Part shown: positions 16,110 to 26,224 of the stretch, piece by piece | How positions within the stretch are numbered: the stretch's first letter is position 1 | Layout: every line of letters starts with the position of its first letter | IMG/VR virus record: IMGVR_UViG_2645727593_000019 | Direction: 5' to 3' (one strand) | Source of the DNA: a virus | Lineage: Duplodnaviria > Heunggongvirae > Uroviricota > Caudoviricetes | DNA: 36,464 nt | Notes under the pieces: model-generated | What the model was told of the DNA's origin: nothing | The model's input: the letters and a program-made list of their open reading frames with translations, nothing else | The model's database searches: none | Made by a program: the position numbers and the translations under genes

Positions 16110-17162
16110 ATGAATCTGGTGATGTCAGATATTACCCGCAACAAGCTGGGTTGCTATATGGCGCAGCAGGCGTCGCTTAACAATATCCCGGTATCTGCAC
16201 TGGTATCGCGATTTACCGTGGAACCCGCGGTGCAGCAGCGTTTTGAAAACGCCTCAAAGGAAAGTACCGAATTTACGAAAAGAATTAACGTGATCGGCGT
16301 GACCGACCAGAAAGGCGAAAAAATCCTCCTGGATACCACAGGACCGATTGCGCGCACGAATACCAGTTATGACGGCACAAAACGCCGTAACCCGAATAAC
16401 GTGGTTGATCTGAAAAACCGCAAATATCAGTGTGAACAGGTGAACTACGACACGTTTATTTCGTATCCGCAGCTTGATGCCTGGTCGGCACACCCTGATT
16501 TTCAGTCCCGCATCAGCGCACAGATTGCCCGACAGGTGGCGCTTGACCGCATCATGATCGGTTTCAACGGCACGTCTCACGCGGATGAGTCCAACTTCAG
16601 CACCAACAAGCTGCTTCAGGACGTTAACGTGGGATGGCTGGAGCACATCAGAACCGACGCCAGCGAACGCGTTATGAATGACGTGACGCTGACCTCCCGC
16701 AACATGGACAACACCGTGGCGCACGCGGGTAAGTATGCGAACGCTGATGCACTGGTACAGGACGCGCGTTCATCCCTGCTGGATGAATGGCACAAGGAAG
16801 CTGACGACCTTGTGGTGATTATGGGGCGCAACCTGTTTAACTCGCTGCGTCTGCCCGTGCTGAACAGCATCAGCGGCCAGAATCCCAATGCGGAATTACT
16901 TGCCGGGCAGCTCATCCTGTCATCGCGCACCATTGGCGGGCTGGGCGTGTTCCTTGCGCCGTTCTTCCCGGATGCAACGATGCTGATCACCTCGTTCAAC
17001 AACCTGTCGATTTACTGGCAGAAAGGTTCAATGCGTCGTCTGATGAAAGACGAACCGGAATACAACCGCATCGCCACCTACCAGTCCATCAATGACGCTT
17101 ATGTCGTTGAAGACTATGGCAAGTGCGCAATGATCACAGGCCTGAAGTTCGCCGACAGCTAA
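16110..17162 (+). CDS. N: major capsid protein
   Basis: Matches P2 N (KFTVEP, GEKI, NLSIY, VVEDY). Confidence 0.9.
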   Translation: MNLVMSDITRNKLGCYMAQQASLNNIPVSALVSRFTVEPAVQQRFENASKESTEFTKRINVIGVTDQKGEKILLDTTGPIARTNTSYDGTKRRNPNNVVDLKNRKYQCEQVNYDTFISYPQLDAWSAHPDFQSRISAQIARQVALDRIMIGFNGTSHADESNFSTNKLLQDVNVGWLEHIRTDASERVMNDVTLTSRNMDNTVAHAGKYANADALVQDARSSLLDEWHKEADDLVVIMGRNLFNSLRLPVLNSISGQNPNAELLAGQLILSSRTIGGLGVFLAPFFPDATMLITSFNNLSIYWQKGSMRRLMKDEPEYNRIATYQSINDAYVVEDYGKCAMITGLKFADS

Positions 17163-17207
17163 TCAACTCACGGCGGGCATCATGCCCGCCTGTAACGGAG
17201 AGAAAAA

Positions 17208-18008
17208 ATGATTACTCCTGCACAGCAACACTGGCAGAACGTGATGGCACAGCGCGCAGGCCGGGCGAATGAAGGCGTGGACCACGCCGCGCGTACCGCG
17301 CATGAAGAGGTGCTGTATCGTCTGCGTCTGGCACAGGCCCGGCTTAAGGGCGTACAGGCCAGAAGCGCGAAAGCCGCCATCAAAAAAGAGTTGTTGCCGG
17401 ACTTTTCCGGCTGGATTGAGGGAACGCTGGAGGCTGACGGCGGGCAGCAGGATGAAGTGATTGCCACGCTGATGGTGTGGGCGATTGACTGCGGCGATCT
17501 TCCACTGGCGCTGCGTATTGGTGCATATGTGGTCCGTCACAACCTCATCATGCCGGATAACTTTGGCCGTACTGCTGCCACGGTACTGACCGAAGAAATC
17601 TGCAACCCGGTACTGACGCAGGCCGGGACGGATGCCGACGCGGATTTATCCGCCTTTATCGAACCACTGGACACCCTCCGGGAGATTGTCACAGACCAGG
17701 ATATGCCGGACGAAGTACGCGCCAAATTATGCAAGGCGTGCGCCTTTGCCCGTCGTGGTCTGACCGATGCAGACAACATGGCCTTATCACTGAAGCTGCT
17801 GCGCGAAGCGATGCACCTGAACCCGAACGCAGGTGTGAAACGCGAGATTGCAACCCTTTCCCGCGCCCTGAAAAAAGCCGATTCCGCAGCCGAACCAGAA
17901 GACGCCAGCGCACCGCAGGCGCAGGACGAAAGCAGCAAAAGTAAAAAGACAACGCGGAAGCCTGCAACACGAAAAACCACCGCGACGCAGAAGGCGAAGC
18001 GCGGTTAA
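17208..18008 (+). CDS. M: terminase small (endonuclease) subunit
   Basis: Matches P2 M (DMPDEVRAKL and basic C-terminal tail). Confidence 0.85.
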   Translation: MITPAQQHWQNVMAQRAGRANEGVDHAARTAHEEVLYRLRLAQARLKGVQARSAKAAIKKELLPDFSGWIEGTLEADGGQQDEVIATLMVWAIDCGDLPLALRIGAYVVRHNLIMPDNFGRTAATVLTEEICNPVLTQAGTDADADLSAFIEPLDTLREIVTDQDMPDEVRAKLCKACAFARRGLTDADNMALSLKLLREAMHLNPNAGVKREIATLSRALKKADSAAEPEDASAPQAQDESSKSKKTTRKPATRKTTATQKAKRG

Positions 18009-18101
18009 CGACTGACCCCGTCAGCGGGCGGCGTGCGCGGTGTTCCGGTTTGACTCCGTGACCGTTTACACCGCGCACCCACCGCCCGATTTTTTTCAGG
18101 A

Positions 18102-18605
18102 GTGAACCCCATGAGTATGGTTGCCAGAACTGAACCCAGACCCGCAGAGGACGACATCACCGATACCGATGATGGCGACACTCGCATTTCAGCAGGTGCA
18201 TTCTGGCCGGATATTGTGCTGCGCGAGCTGCGTCTGGCGGTACGACTGCCGGGCCGCGTGACCACCTCCCGCCTGCTGCATACTGCCACCGGGGCTGTGG
18301 CACACGTTACCCGCGAGCTGGAAGCATGGCAGCAGGAACAGCAGGCGGCTGGCCATCAGACGCTGGCCGATGTTCCGGCACCCGTAATTAACGGAGAAAG
18401 CGTCAATCTCTGGCACTGGCGCAATGCGGTTTACACCGCCACACGCGCCCTGATTCTGGAGCGTTACCGCGATGCGGACACAACGGACAAGGGCGACCGC
18501 CGGGCGGACGCACTGGATATACAGACATCGGATTTGTGGCGCGATGTGAGCTGGGCCATCTCTGACATTCTGTGCCGCCCGCGAATCTTTGCGGAGTTGT
18601 GCTGA
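18102..18605 (+). CDS. L: head completion/stabilisation protein
   Basis: Matches P2 L (LADVPA, DLWRD, CRPRI). Confidence 0.85.
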   Translation: MNPMSMVARTEPRPAEDDITDTDDGDTRISAGAFWPDIVLRELRLAVRLPGRVTTSRLLHTATGAVAHVTRELEAWQQEQQAAGHQTLADVPAPVINGESVNLWHWRNAVYTATRALILERYRDADTTDKGDRRADALDIQTSDLWRDVSWAISDILCRPRIFAELC

Positions 18606-18805
18606 TGAAAGTGAAGGCACTGGAAGGCGACACCGTGGATTCGCTCTGTTTCCGGTACTACGGCACGACGCAGGGCGTCACCGAAAAGGTGCTGGATGCC
18701 AACCCCGGACTCTGTCAGCAGGTATTTCTGGACGCCGGGCAGGAAGTGGAGATGCCGGAGCCGGAGAAGAAGAAACGAGAAATGATTCAGTTGTGGGGGG
18801 AGTAG
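18605..18805 (+). CDS. X: tail protein X
   Basis: Track ORF 18572..18805 trimmed to MKVKALEG; size and position match P2 X. Confidence 0.75.
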   Translation: MKVKALEGDTVDSLCFRYYGTTQGVTEKVLDANPGLCQQVFLDAGQEVEMPEPEKKKREMIQLWGE

Positions 18806-18807
18806 CA

Positions 18808-19131
18808 GTGAGCACCATTCAAACAGGGATCACAGAGCAGGTTATTGCGTGGCTCTTTGACCACCTGCCAACGGTGTATGCAGTAGGCGCGGCGGTCAGC
18901 ATTTCCGCGCTGATGAGTCTTTATGACGGACGAACACTGGTTCAGACCGTAACGGGATCGCTGGCGTGCGGCGTTCTTGCCATGGCCGTGGCCGGGTCGT
19001 TGCGCTTCTTCGGTTTTCCTGAAGATGCCGTGACGTTTATCGGCGCATCAATCGGTTTTATGGGTGCAGAGAAAGCACGCGACAAGGTTATTGCGGCCTT
19101 TAATCGCAGGGTGAAGGAGAAGGACGAATGA
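18808..19131 (+). CDS. putative holin
   Basis: GTG start with SD GGGGGAG; three hydrophobic segments; immediately precedes the endolysin. Confidence 0.55.
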   Translation: MSTIQTGITEQVIAWLFDHLPTVYAVGAAVSISALMSLYDGRTLVQTVTGSLACGVLAMAVAGSLRFFGFPEDAVTFIGASIGFMGAEKARDKVIAAFNRRVKEKDE

Positions 19132-19520
19132 GCAACACATTTAAATTCAGCAGCCGGAGCGAAAAGAATTTGCAGGGCGTAAATCCTGATCTGGTGAAAG
19201 TGACCCGACGGGCACTGGAAATCTCGGAAGTGGATTTTGGTATCACCGAAGGGTTGCGCAGCCGTTACCGCCAGAAGCAACTGGTGGCCACGGGTAAGAG
19301 CCAGACCATGAACAGCCGCCACCTTACGGGGCATGCCGTGGATGTTGTGGCTTATATCGGCAGCCAGGTGTCATGGGAATGGCCGCTGTACGAAAAAATC
19401 GCAGCAGCATTCAGACAGGCCAGCCGGGAACTGAATATTCCGGTGGAATGGGGCGGCGACTGGAAGACCCTGAAAGACGGACCGCATTTTCAGTTACCAC
19501 ACGGAGCCTATCCGGCATGA
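19128..19520 (+). CDS. endolysin, L-alanyl-D-glutamate peptidase (M15 family)
   Basis: Close to phage T5 endolysin as I recall it (SEKNL, RRALE, HxxGxAVD, WGGDW); not a P2 K-type lysozyme. Confidence 0.85.
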   Translation: MSNTFKFSSRSEKNLQGVNPDLVKVTRRALEISEVDFGITEGLRSRYRQKQLVATGKSQTMNSRHLTGHAVDVVAYIGSQVSWEWPLYEKIAAAFRQASRELNIPVEWGGDWKTLKDGPHFQLPHGAYPA

Positions 19521-19924
19521 AGCTCTGGCCCACGCTGGGCGTCGCTTTCCTTCTGATTGCCGCATGGGGAACATCCATGCGTCTGTCGTGGTCGCTGGGC
19601 CGGGAGAACGCCAGAAACGAAGCGCAGGCCAGCGCCCTGAAAAGTACCGTCGACACCCTGAATATCATCAGCACCGGGGTACAGGATATGCAGCAGGTGC
19701 TGGCGCAACTCCGCGTGGAAAATCAACAGCGAAATCAGGACGGAGAGGCCAGACGTGAACAGCTACGCAACGATATTGCAAAAGATGAATGCGCCCACGC
19801 TTTGCCTGACGCTCGTTTTACTGACAGGTTGCGCAGGCACGCAGAACGCGCCACGGCCAGCGCCGTCAGTCCGGCTTATACCGCAGACGCTGACCATACC
19901 AGTAATGCCTCCCCCCTTCCCTGA
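19517..19924 (+). CDS. lysB: i-spanin (LysB/Rz-like)
   Basis: Track ORF 19373..19924 trimmed to MKLWPT; N-terminal TM helix then a coiled-coil-like region. Confidence 0.65.
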   Translation: MKLWPTLGVAFLLIAAWGTSMRLSWSLGRENARNEAQASALKSTVDTLNIISTGVQDMQQVLAQLRVENQQRNQDGEARREQLRNDIAKDECAHALPDARFTDRLRRHAERATASAVSPAYTADADHTSNASPLP

Positions 19925-20075
19925 TACTCCCACATGGGGAAATCTCGGTATATGGGGCGACCGCCTTCTGGATGCACTGGAAACCTGTAACGCGGATAAA
20001 CGGGCCATTGAATTACTGGAACAGCGCAGACTGCAACGACTGAACAACGAGGACAACAACCATGCTGAAAACTGA
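19785..20075 (+). CDS. lysC: o-spanin lipoprotein (LysC/Rz1-like)
   Basis: Track ORF 19755..20075 trimmed to MNAPTLCLTLVLLTGC; lipobox LLTGC; Pro-rich; overlaps lysB in another frame and the R start. Confidence 0.6.
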   Translation: MNAPTLCLTLVLLTGCAGTQNAPRPAPSVRLIPQTLTIPVMPPPFPDTPTWGNLGIWGDRLLDALETCNADKRAIELLEQRRLQRLNNEDNNHAEN

Positions 20076-20529
20076 TTCCCTGCGTGAAGCCATGACCCGT
20101 TCATGCCGATGGTGTCAGGCCAACCCGGAAAAATTCACCATTTTCGTGGAGAGCGGCAACATTGAAACGACCGGAGAAACGCCCTCGTTTGTTTACCGCT
20201 ATCAGATGGTGATGTTTGTCATGGATTACGCCGGGGAGTTGGACGACCTCACGCTGCCGCTACTGGCGTGGTTATCAGAAAATCAGCCACAGTTGTTGCT
20301 CAATCCGGAGCGTAATCAGGACATCAAATTCTCCGCCGTTATCAATGACGATGACAGCGCCGATCTCCTGTTTACGCTCCCTCTGCGGGAACGCGTTCGC
20401 ATCACGCGCAGCAGTCAGGGCACGCCGCAGGCAGAACACCTGCCGGAGCCAAAACCCCGCCTGCCATCTTCCGAAGGCGACTGGTCGCATGTATTCCAGG
20501 ATGTGACGTGGGGTGAAAGCGATGGATAA
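20062..20529 (+). CDS. R: tail completion protein R
   Basis: 155 aa; position after the lysis cassette as in P2. Confidence 0.8.
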   Translation: MLKTDSLREAMTRSCRWCQANPEKFTIFVESGNIETTGETPSFVYRYQMVMFVMDYAGELDDLTLPLLAWLSENQPQLLLNPERNQDIKFSAVINDDDSADLLFTLPLRERVRITRSSQGTPQAEHLPEPKPRLPSSEGDWSHVFQDVTWGESDG

Positions 20530-21157
20530 GGCATTCACCCGCGTGGATGAAACCTTTGAGGCCATCCGCGACAGCCTGAATCAGCAGGCCATCAATAACA
20601 TCGCCAGAAAGCTGGCACAGGATTTACGCCGCGCCCAGCAGGCGCGTATCCGGTCACAGAAAGCGCCGGACGGGACCGCGTGGACACCACGCAGACGCCG
20701 CGTAACCCGGATACAGGAACGCATTCGCTTTATCTGGAATAACGAAGCACGCACGCTGAAAAACTGGCATCACGACACGGGGAAATACGGGCGAACCATT
20801 ACCGGGTGGGATGAGGATAAAAATAATATCCGCACGTTTTACCGGGATGACATCGACCGTTTTCTGGAAATACGCACCCGGCGCATCAACCAGGACAGCA
20901 CAAAGCGCGTCCCCATGTTCGTAAAACTGCGCACCGCCCGCTACCTGAAAGCCCGTGCAGATGCTTCCGGTGTGACGGTGGGTTACAGCGGCGTGGCCGC
21001 ACGTATTGCCCGCGTTCATCAGTTCGGTGAGCGCGATCAGGTTGCGCCGGGCATTTTCACCGATTACCCGGTACGTGAGCTGCTGGGTATCAGCCAGGCA
21101 GATGAGCGCCTGATTTATAACACGGTGCTGGGCCGGATTGCGGAGGCTGTACGGTGA
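20513..21157 (+). CDS. S: virion morphogenesis/tail completion protein S-like
   Basis: C-terminal region FVKLRTARYLKA...GVTVGYSG...ARVHQFG typical of the gpS family; longer than P2 S. Confidence 0.65.
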   Translation: MKAMDKAFTRVDETFEAIRDSLNQQAINNIARKLAQDLRRAQQARIRSQKAPDGTAWTPRRRRVTRIQERIRFIWNNEARTLKNWHHDTGKYGRTITGWDEDKNNIRTFYRDDIDRFLEIRTRRINQDSTKRVPMFVKLRTARYLKARADASGVTVGYSGVAARIARVHQFGERDQVAPGIFTDYPVRELLGISQADERLIYNTVLGRIAEAVR

Positions 21158-21735
21158 GCGCAGAACTCATGCGACTGCTGAGCAATATCATCCGCACCGG
21201 GATCATCTCTGAAGTTGATGAGAAGTCCTGGCGCGTGCGCGTTCGCAGCGGCGAACTGGAAACAGGCTGGCTGCGCTGGAACACCACGCGCGCGGGAGCC
21301 TTCAATGTGTGGCTGCCGCCATCACCAGGCGAACAGGTGGTAATTGCCTGCATTGGCGGCAACCCGGAAACCGCCATGATAATTGGCAGCCTGTGGAGTG
21401 ATGCCAATCCGGCACCCGGCAAAAGCCTGAAAGAAATCGTGATCAGCGCGCCGGACGGCGCGGTGTTCCGCTACGACGCGGACGCTGGCGCACTGAGCGC
21501 CAGCGGCATGAAAACGGCCACTTTACAGGCATCCGTCAGCGTGAAACTGGATACGCCCGTCGTGGAATGCACAAACCTTCTGAGAACGGCGACGCTTGAC
21601 GTCACAAAAGGAGGAAAGATGAGCGGCAATATCACGCACAGCGGCGGCAACTTCACCTCAAACGGCATTACCGTGCATACGCATAAACACGGTGGCGTGA
21701 AAGGCGGCAGCGATTCGACAGGAGGCCCGCAGTGA
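21154..21735 (+). CDS. V: baseplate spike/assembly protein V
   Basis: Position and size; Gly-rich C-terminus. Confidence 0.8.
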   Translation: MSAELMRLLSNIIRTGIISEVDEKSWRVRVRSGELETGWLRWNTTRAGAFNVWLPPSPGEQVVIACIGGNPETAMIIGSLWSDANPAPGKSLKEIVISAPDGAVFRYDADAGALSASGMKTATLQASVSVKLDTPVVECTNLLRTATLDVTKGGKMSGNITHSGGNFTSNGITVHTHKHGGVKGGSDSTGGPQ

Positions 21736-22082
21736 CAACCCGCTACACAGGAATGAATCCGGACGGGACGGGAAACCTGAACGATATGGAGCACCTGAAA
21801 CAGTCAGTCAGGGATATCCTGACCACCCCGCTGGCAAGCCGGGTTATGCGACGGGAATATGGCAGCCTTGTGCCTGATTTGATTGACGAACCCATGAATA
21901 ACACCACGCGTCTGCAATGCATGAGTGCTGCCGTGATTGCGCTGACACGATGGGAACCCCGCATTGCCCTGGATGCCATCGACGTTGTCTGGAAAGCGGG
22001 AGGCCGCGCCGGGGTGACGCTGTCGGGCACTGTCATGCAGACCATGCAAAATGTTGAATTAACCATCACGCTGAGGGAGTAA
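21732..22082 (+). CDS. W: baseplate protein W
   Basis: 116 aa; synteny. Confidence 0.8.
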   Translation: MTTRYTGMNPDGTGNLNDMEHLKQSVRDILTTPLASRVMRREYGSLVPDLIDEPMNNTTRLQCMSAAVIALTRWEPRIALDAIDVVWKAGGRAGVTLSGTVMQTMQNVELTITLRE

Positions 22083-22085
22083 ATC

Positions 22086-22982
22086 ATGCCTGCCGTTGAC
22101 CTTTCCCAGTTACCGGAACCCGCCATCATCGCGGAGCCTGACTTTGAGGCAATTCTGGCTGACACAAAGGCCATGATGATTGCGGCTTATCCCGCCGAAC
22201 AGCGTGAAGCCGTCTCCGCCGCGCTGGAGCTGGAATCGGAACCCCTGAACGTTATCGCCCAGACAACAGCGTTTCGTGAAATGCTGTTACGCCAGCGGGT
22301 CAATGAGGGGGCACGCGCCTGCATGTTAAGCCACAGCGCCGGGACAGACCTGGACAACCTCGCGGGCAATATGAACACAAAGCGCCTGACCATCACTCCG
22401 GCAACGGATACCACCGACGCGGTGATGGAGAGCGACACCTCGCTGAGACTGCGGGCGCAGCGGGCGTACGACGGCCTGAGTGTTGCTGGCCCGTCAGGTG
22501 CATACGAGTATTTTGCCCGCAGCGCCAGCGGTCTGGTGCGTGATGCGCGGGCTATCAGCCCGTCTCCGGCAAATGTGACGGTTTCCATCCTGTCCACTGA
22601 GGGCGACGGCACAGCAACGGAGGCGTTGCTTAATACCGTTCGCGCCGTTCTGAATGCAGAGGATACCCGCCCGGTGGCCGACCGCCTGACCGTACAGAGC
22701 GCCAGAATCGTGACATGGCGGCTGAATGCAAAACTGTACTTTTACCCCGGCCCGGAATCCGAACCTATTCTGGCCGCGGCTGAATCGTCGTTCAGGAAGT
22801 GGCTGGCTGAGCAGGGGCTTATCGGTCAGGACGTGGCGTTGTCCGCCATTGCTGCCGCACTGCATGTGCACGGTGTGCAACGCGTGGAGATAATCGAACC
22901 CACACAGAATATGACCATCAGCGACATACAGGCGGCGCGCTGTGAGTCATTCACCATCAGCGAAGGTGGACGCAATGAGTAA
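22086..22982 (+). CDS. J: baseplate protein J
   Basis: 298 aa; synteny. Confidence 0.85.
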   Translation: MPAVDLSQLPEPAIIAEPDFEAILADTKAMMIAAYPAEQREAVSAALELESEPLNVIAQTTAFREMLLRQRVNEGARACMLSHSAGTDLDNLAGNMNTKRLTITPATDTTDAVMESDTSLRLRAQRAYDGLSVAGPSGAYEYFARSASGLVRDARAISPSPANVTVSILSTEGDGTATEALLNTVRAVLNAEDTRPVADRLTVQSARIVTWRLNAKLYFYPGPESEPILAAAESSFRKWLAEQGLIGQDVALSAIAAALHVHGVQRVEIIEPTQNMTISDIQAARCESFTISEGGRNE

Positions 22983-23583
22983 TTCACTGTTACCACCATC
23001 AGCCAGCAATTTCATGCGTTGTGCCGAAGCCGTCGGAACACGCATTACAGACATTCCGGTAGACCTCAACACGCTGTGGTCGCCGGACACCTGCCCGGTG
23101 CATCTGCTGCCTTATCTCGCCTGGGCGTTTTCCGTTGACCGCTGGGATCGCAACTGGCCGGAAGAGACAAAGCGACAGGTAATTCGTGATGCATGGCTGA
23201 TACACCGACACAAAGGGACCATCAGCGCACTGCGAAGAGCCGTGGAGCCTCTCGGCTACCTGATTGAAGTAAAGGAGTGGTGGCAACTCAACGAGGAGCC
23301 AGGAACATTTCGCATTGTTGTCGGAGTACTTGATCAGGGCATCACCGATGAAATGTATCAGGAACTTGAGCGCCTTATTGCGGATGCAAAACCAGTAAGT
23401 CGCCATCTGACGGGGCTGGCGATCAGCCTGAGTGTGAACGGAAAGATTTTCGTTGGTACGGGATGCTATCACGGCGATGCCCTGACGGTTTATCCCTACA
23501 CCCCGGAGTCCATTATTGTCGAAGGGGATTATTTCCCTGCCCCGGCCATTCATTTAATTGATAATCTGAGAGTAAACGCATGA
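22975..23583 (+). CDS. I: baseplate protein I
   Basis: Track ORF 22942..23583 trimmed to MSNSLLPP; synteny. Confidence 0.8.
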   Translation: MSNSLLPPSASNFMRCAEAVGTRITDIPVDLNTLWSPDTCPVHLLPYLAWAFSVDRWDRNWPEETKRQVIRDAWLIHRHKGTISALRRAVEPLGYLIEVKEWWQLNEEPGTFRIVVGVLDQGITDEMYQELERLIADAKPVSRHLTGLAISLSVNGKIFVGTGCYHGDALTVYPYTPESIIVEGDYFPAPAIHLIDNLRVNA

Positions 23584-25214
23584 CAGTGAAATACTACGCC
23601 ATTCTGACTAATCAGGGCGCAGCACGACTGGCTAACGCGACGATGCTCGGCAGTAAGCTGAATCTGACGCAAATGGCCGTTGGTGATGCAAATGGTGTGT
23701 TACCAACACCAGACCCTGCACAAACAAAACTGATTAACCAGAAACGCATTGCACCGCTGAATCTTCTGAGTGTTGACCCTAACAATCAGAGCCAGATTAT
23801 TGCGGAGCAAATCATCCCTGAAAACGAGGGAGGATTCTGGATCCGTGAGATTGGTCTTTATGATGATGAAGGTGCACTCATTGCGGTGGCAAACTGCCCG
23901 GAAACGTACAAACCGCAGTTGCAGGAAGGCAGTGGACGCACCCAGACTATCCGCATGATTCTGGTTGTCACGAACACCGAAGCCATCACGCTGAAAATCG
24001 ACCCGTCTGTGGTTCTGGCAACCCGCAAATATGTGGATGATAAAATATCAGAGCACGAACAGTCACGACGTCACCCGGACGCCTCGCTGACCGTAAAAGG
24101 TTTTACTCAGTTAAGCAGTGCAATTAACAGTGAATCAGAAACACTGGCCGCAACACCGAAAGCGGTTAAGGCTGCATATGACCTGGCTAACGGGAAATAT
24201 ACCGCCCAGAACGCCACCACTACACAAAAAGGGATTGTTCAGCTCAGTAGCGCCACGAACAGCACGTCTGAAACGCTGGCAGCGACACCAAAAGCTGTTA
24301 AGGCGGTAATGGATGAAACGAACAAGAAAGCACCATTAAACAGCCCGGCACTGACCGGAACGCCAACAACACCAACAGCGCCACAGGGGACTAATAGTAC
24401 CCAGATCGCAAGCACGGCTTTCGTTATGGCTGCGATTGCCGCACTTGTAGATTCGTCACCTGATGCACTGAACACGCTGAACGAACTGGCTGCAGCGCTG
24501 GGCAATGACCCGAATTTTGCGACCACCATGACTAACGCGCTTGCGGGTAAGCAACCGAAGGATGCCACCCTGACGGCGCTGGCGGAGCTTGCTACATCAG
24601 CAGATAAACTCCCATATTTTACAGGGGCAGATCGTGCCGCGTTAACCGCGTTGACAAGTGTTGGACGTGCCATTCTTGGTAAAACCAGCACTCAGGGAGT
24701 TCTTGATTACCTTGGTTTAGGAGAAGCGGCGAAAAGGGATGTGGGCACGACAGTCGGAACCGTTGCCGCTGGTGATGATTTACGCATAATAGGAGCACTT
24801 CAAAAGGCAAATAATCTTTATGAGTTAACAAATAAATCTGACGCAAGAGCTAATCTTGGGTTAGGAACCGTTGCAACAAAAAACGTGGGAAATAGTGCTG
24901 GGCAAATACCTGATATGTCTTACTGGTCTTCCGTATCGGGTGGCGTTAATTTCCCTAATGGATTCCAGATGCGATTCGGTGCTATCGCTGGTAATGGTGG
25001 AAAATTATTTTCTACGCCATTTACAAATCAGTGCTATGGCATTGTTTTCGGACAAACATATGTAGCCAACTACTGGATGTTCAGCCCGATGTACAGAGCA
25101 TCTGATCTGAGTAATACCGGTTTTGCATTCATTAACAAAACCTGGTCTGGCGTTCCGGGGACAGGTGCTCAGGACGCTGGTGAATCAGTTTTTTATATTG
25201 CAGTAGGGTATTAA
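23580..25214 (+). CDS. H: tail fibre protein (expressed orientation)
   Basis: N-terminus MTVKYYAILTNQGAARLANA typical of P2-type H; repeated SETLAATPKAVKA motifs; distinct C-terminal domain. Confidence 0.85.
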   Translation: MTVKYYAILTNQGAARLANATMLGSKLNLTQMAVGDANGVLPTPDPAQTKLINQKRIAPLNLLSVDPNNQSQIIAEQIIPENEGGFWIREIGLYDDEGALIAVANCPETYKPQLQEGSGRTQTIRMILVVTNTEAITLKIDPSVVLATRKYVDDKISEHEQSRRHPDASLTVKGFTQLSSAINSESETLAATPKAVKAAYDLANGKYTAQNATTTQKGIVQLSSATNSTSETLAATPKAVKAVMDETNKKAPLNSPALTGTPTTPTAPQGTNSTQIASTAFVMAAIAALVDSSPDALNTLNELAAALGNDPNFATTMTNALAGKQPKDATLTALAELATSADKLPYFTGADRAALTALTSVGRAILGKTSTQGVLDYLGLGEAAKRDVGTTVGTVAAGDDLRIIGALQKANNLYELTNKSDARANLGLGTVATKNVGNSAGQIPDMSYWSSVSGGVNFPNGFQMRFGAIAGNGGKLFSTPFTNQCYGIVFGQTYVANYWMFSPMYRASDLSNTGFAFINKTWSGVPGTGAQDAGESVFYIAVGY

Positions 25215-25215
25215 T

Positions 25216-25659
25216 ATGGAAATGGTTTATAGCGCCTCAAATAATAGTTTTTTCGCTAAAAATGATGTGGCGAAATATGAACAGGCCGGATGGGAACTTG
25301 CTGATATTGTCGAAGTGACATATGACACTTACCTGGAATTTATTGAAGACAGAACGTTGCAAGGGAAAGTACGCATCGCGGGTGATGATGGCCTTCCCAC
25401 CTGGGGGGAAATTCCACCGCCAACTCATGAGGAACAAATTGCCGCAGCCGAACTGGAAAAGCAGCAATTGATTAATCAGGTCAACGAATACATATACAGT
25501 AAGCAATGGCCTGGTAAAGCAGCGATTGGTCGCCTGAAAGGTGAGGAACTGGCGCAATATAATTTGTGGCTGGATTATCTGGACGCACTGGAACTGGTCG
25601 ATACTTCCGGTGCGCCAGATATTGAATGGCCTACGCCTCCGGCAGTTCAGGCCAGATGA
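25216..25659 (+). CDS. G: tail fibre assembly chaperone
   Basis: Immediately after H; C-terminus APDIEWPTPP mirrors the opposite-strand paralogue. Confidence 0.75.
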   Translation: MEMVYSASNNSFFAKNDVAKYEQAGWELADIVEVTYDTYLEFIEDRTLQGKVRIAGDDGLPTWGEIPPPTHEEQIAAAELEKQQLINQVNEYIYSKQWPGKAAIGRLKGEELAQYNLWLDYLDALELVDTSGAPDIEWPTPPAVQAR

Positions 25660-26224
25660 CGTCCGGCGCTGTGCTGGTATCTGTTGCCGTCACCGCGTCA
25701 ATATAATCCAGCACAGCGTTAAGTCGGGTGTTTTCTGGCTGCGTCAGCTTCCGCCCGGCCTGTAATTTCAGTTGAATCAGACTGATGGAAGCCATTGCAG
25801 CATCAATCAGCGACTGGCGCTGTGCTTCTGCAGCTTCTACTGCGGCGCTATGCTGTGCCTCGGTATCCGTCACCCATTTCTCACCATCCCATTTATCGTA
25901 TGGCGTTAACGGTGAAAGCGTGACATAACCGTCTTTGATGGCACCGATATAATCCACTGTAACAGCTGCGCCATTTTCAGTTGAGTAAACGGTCTCATTG
26001 CGATGGTCTTCTTCATGGCTCCATCCCTTACCCGTAAATACTGCCACTCTTCCCGGAATGTATTCGCCCGGGTCAATACCAGTGGAACAAACGGGCATAC
26101 TTACGCCAGTATTAATATATTCATCAGACCAGCCCGTATATTCAGACGTTACTGCATCATAATAATAACAACGCATATCACCCGGCACTGTAGCCAGCCC
26201 ATTTTCATCAAAAACAGGTTTCAT
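25631..26224 (-). CDS. alternative tail fibre assembly chaperone (silent orientation)
   Basis: Minus-strand paralogue of G with C-terminus APDVIWPELP; its 3' end overlaps G by 29 bp. Confidence 0.7.
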   Translation of the reverse strand: MKPVFDENGLATVPGDMRCYYYDAVTSEYTGWSDEYINTGVSMPVCSTGIDPGEYIPGRVAVFTGKGWSHEEDHRNETVYSTENGAAVTVDYIGAIKDGYVTLSPLTPYDKWDGEKWVTDTEAQHSAAVEAAEAQRQSLIDAAMASISLIQLKLQAGRKLTQPENTRLNAVLDYIDAVTATDTSTAPDVIWPELPEA

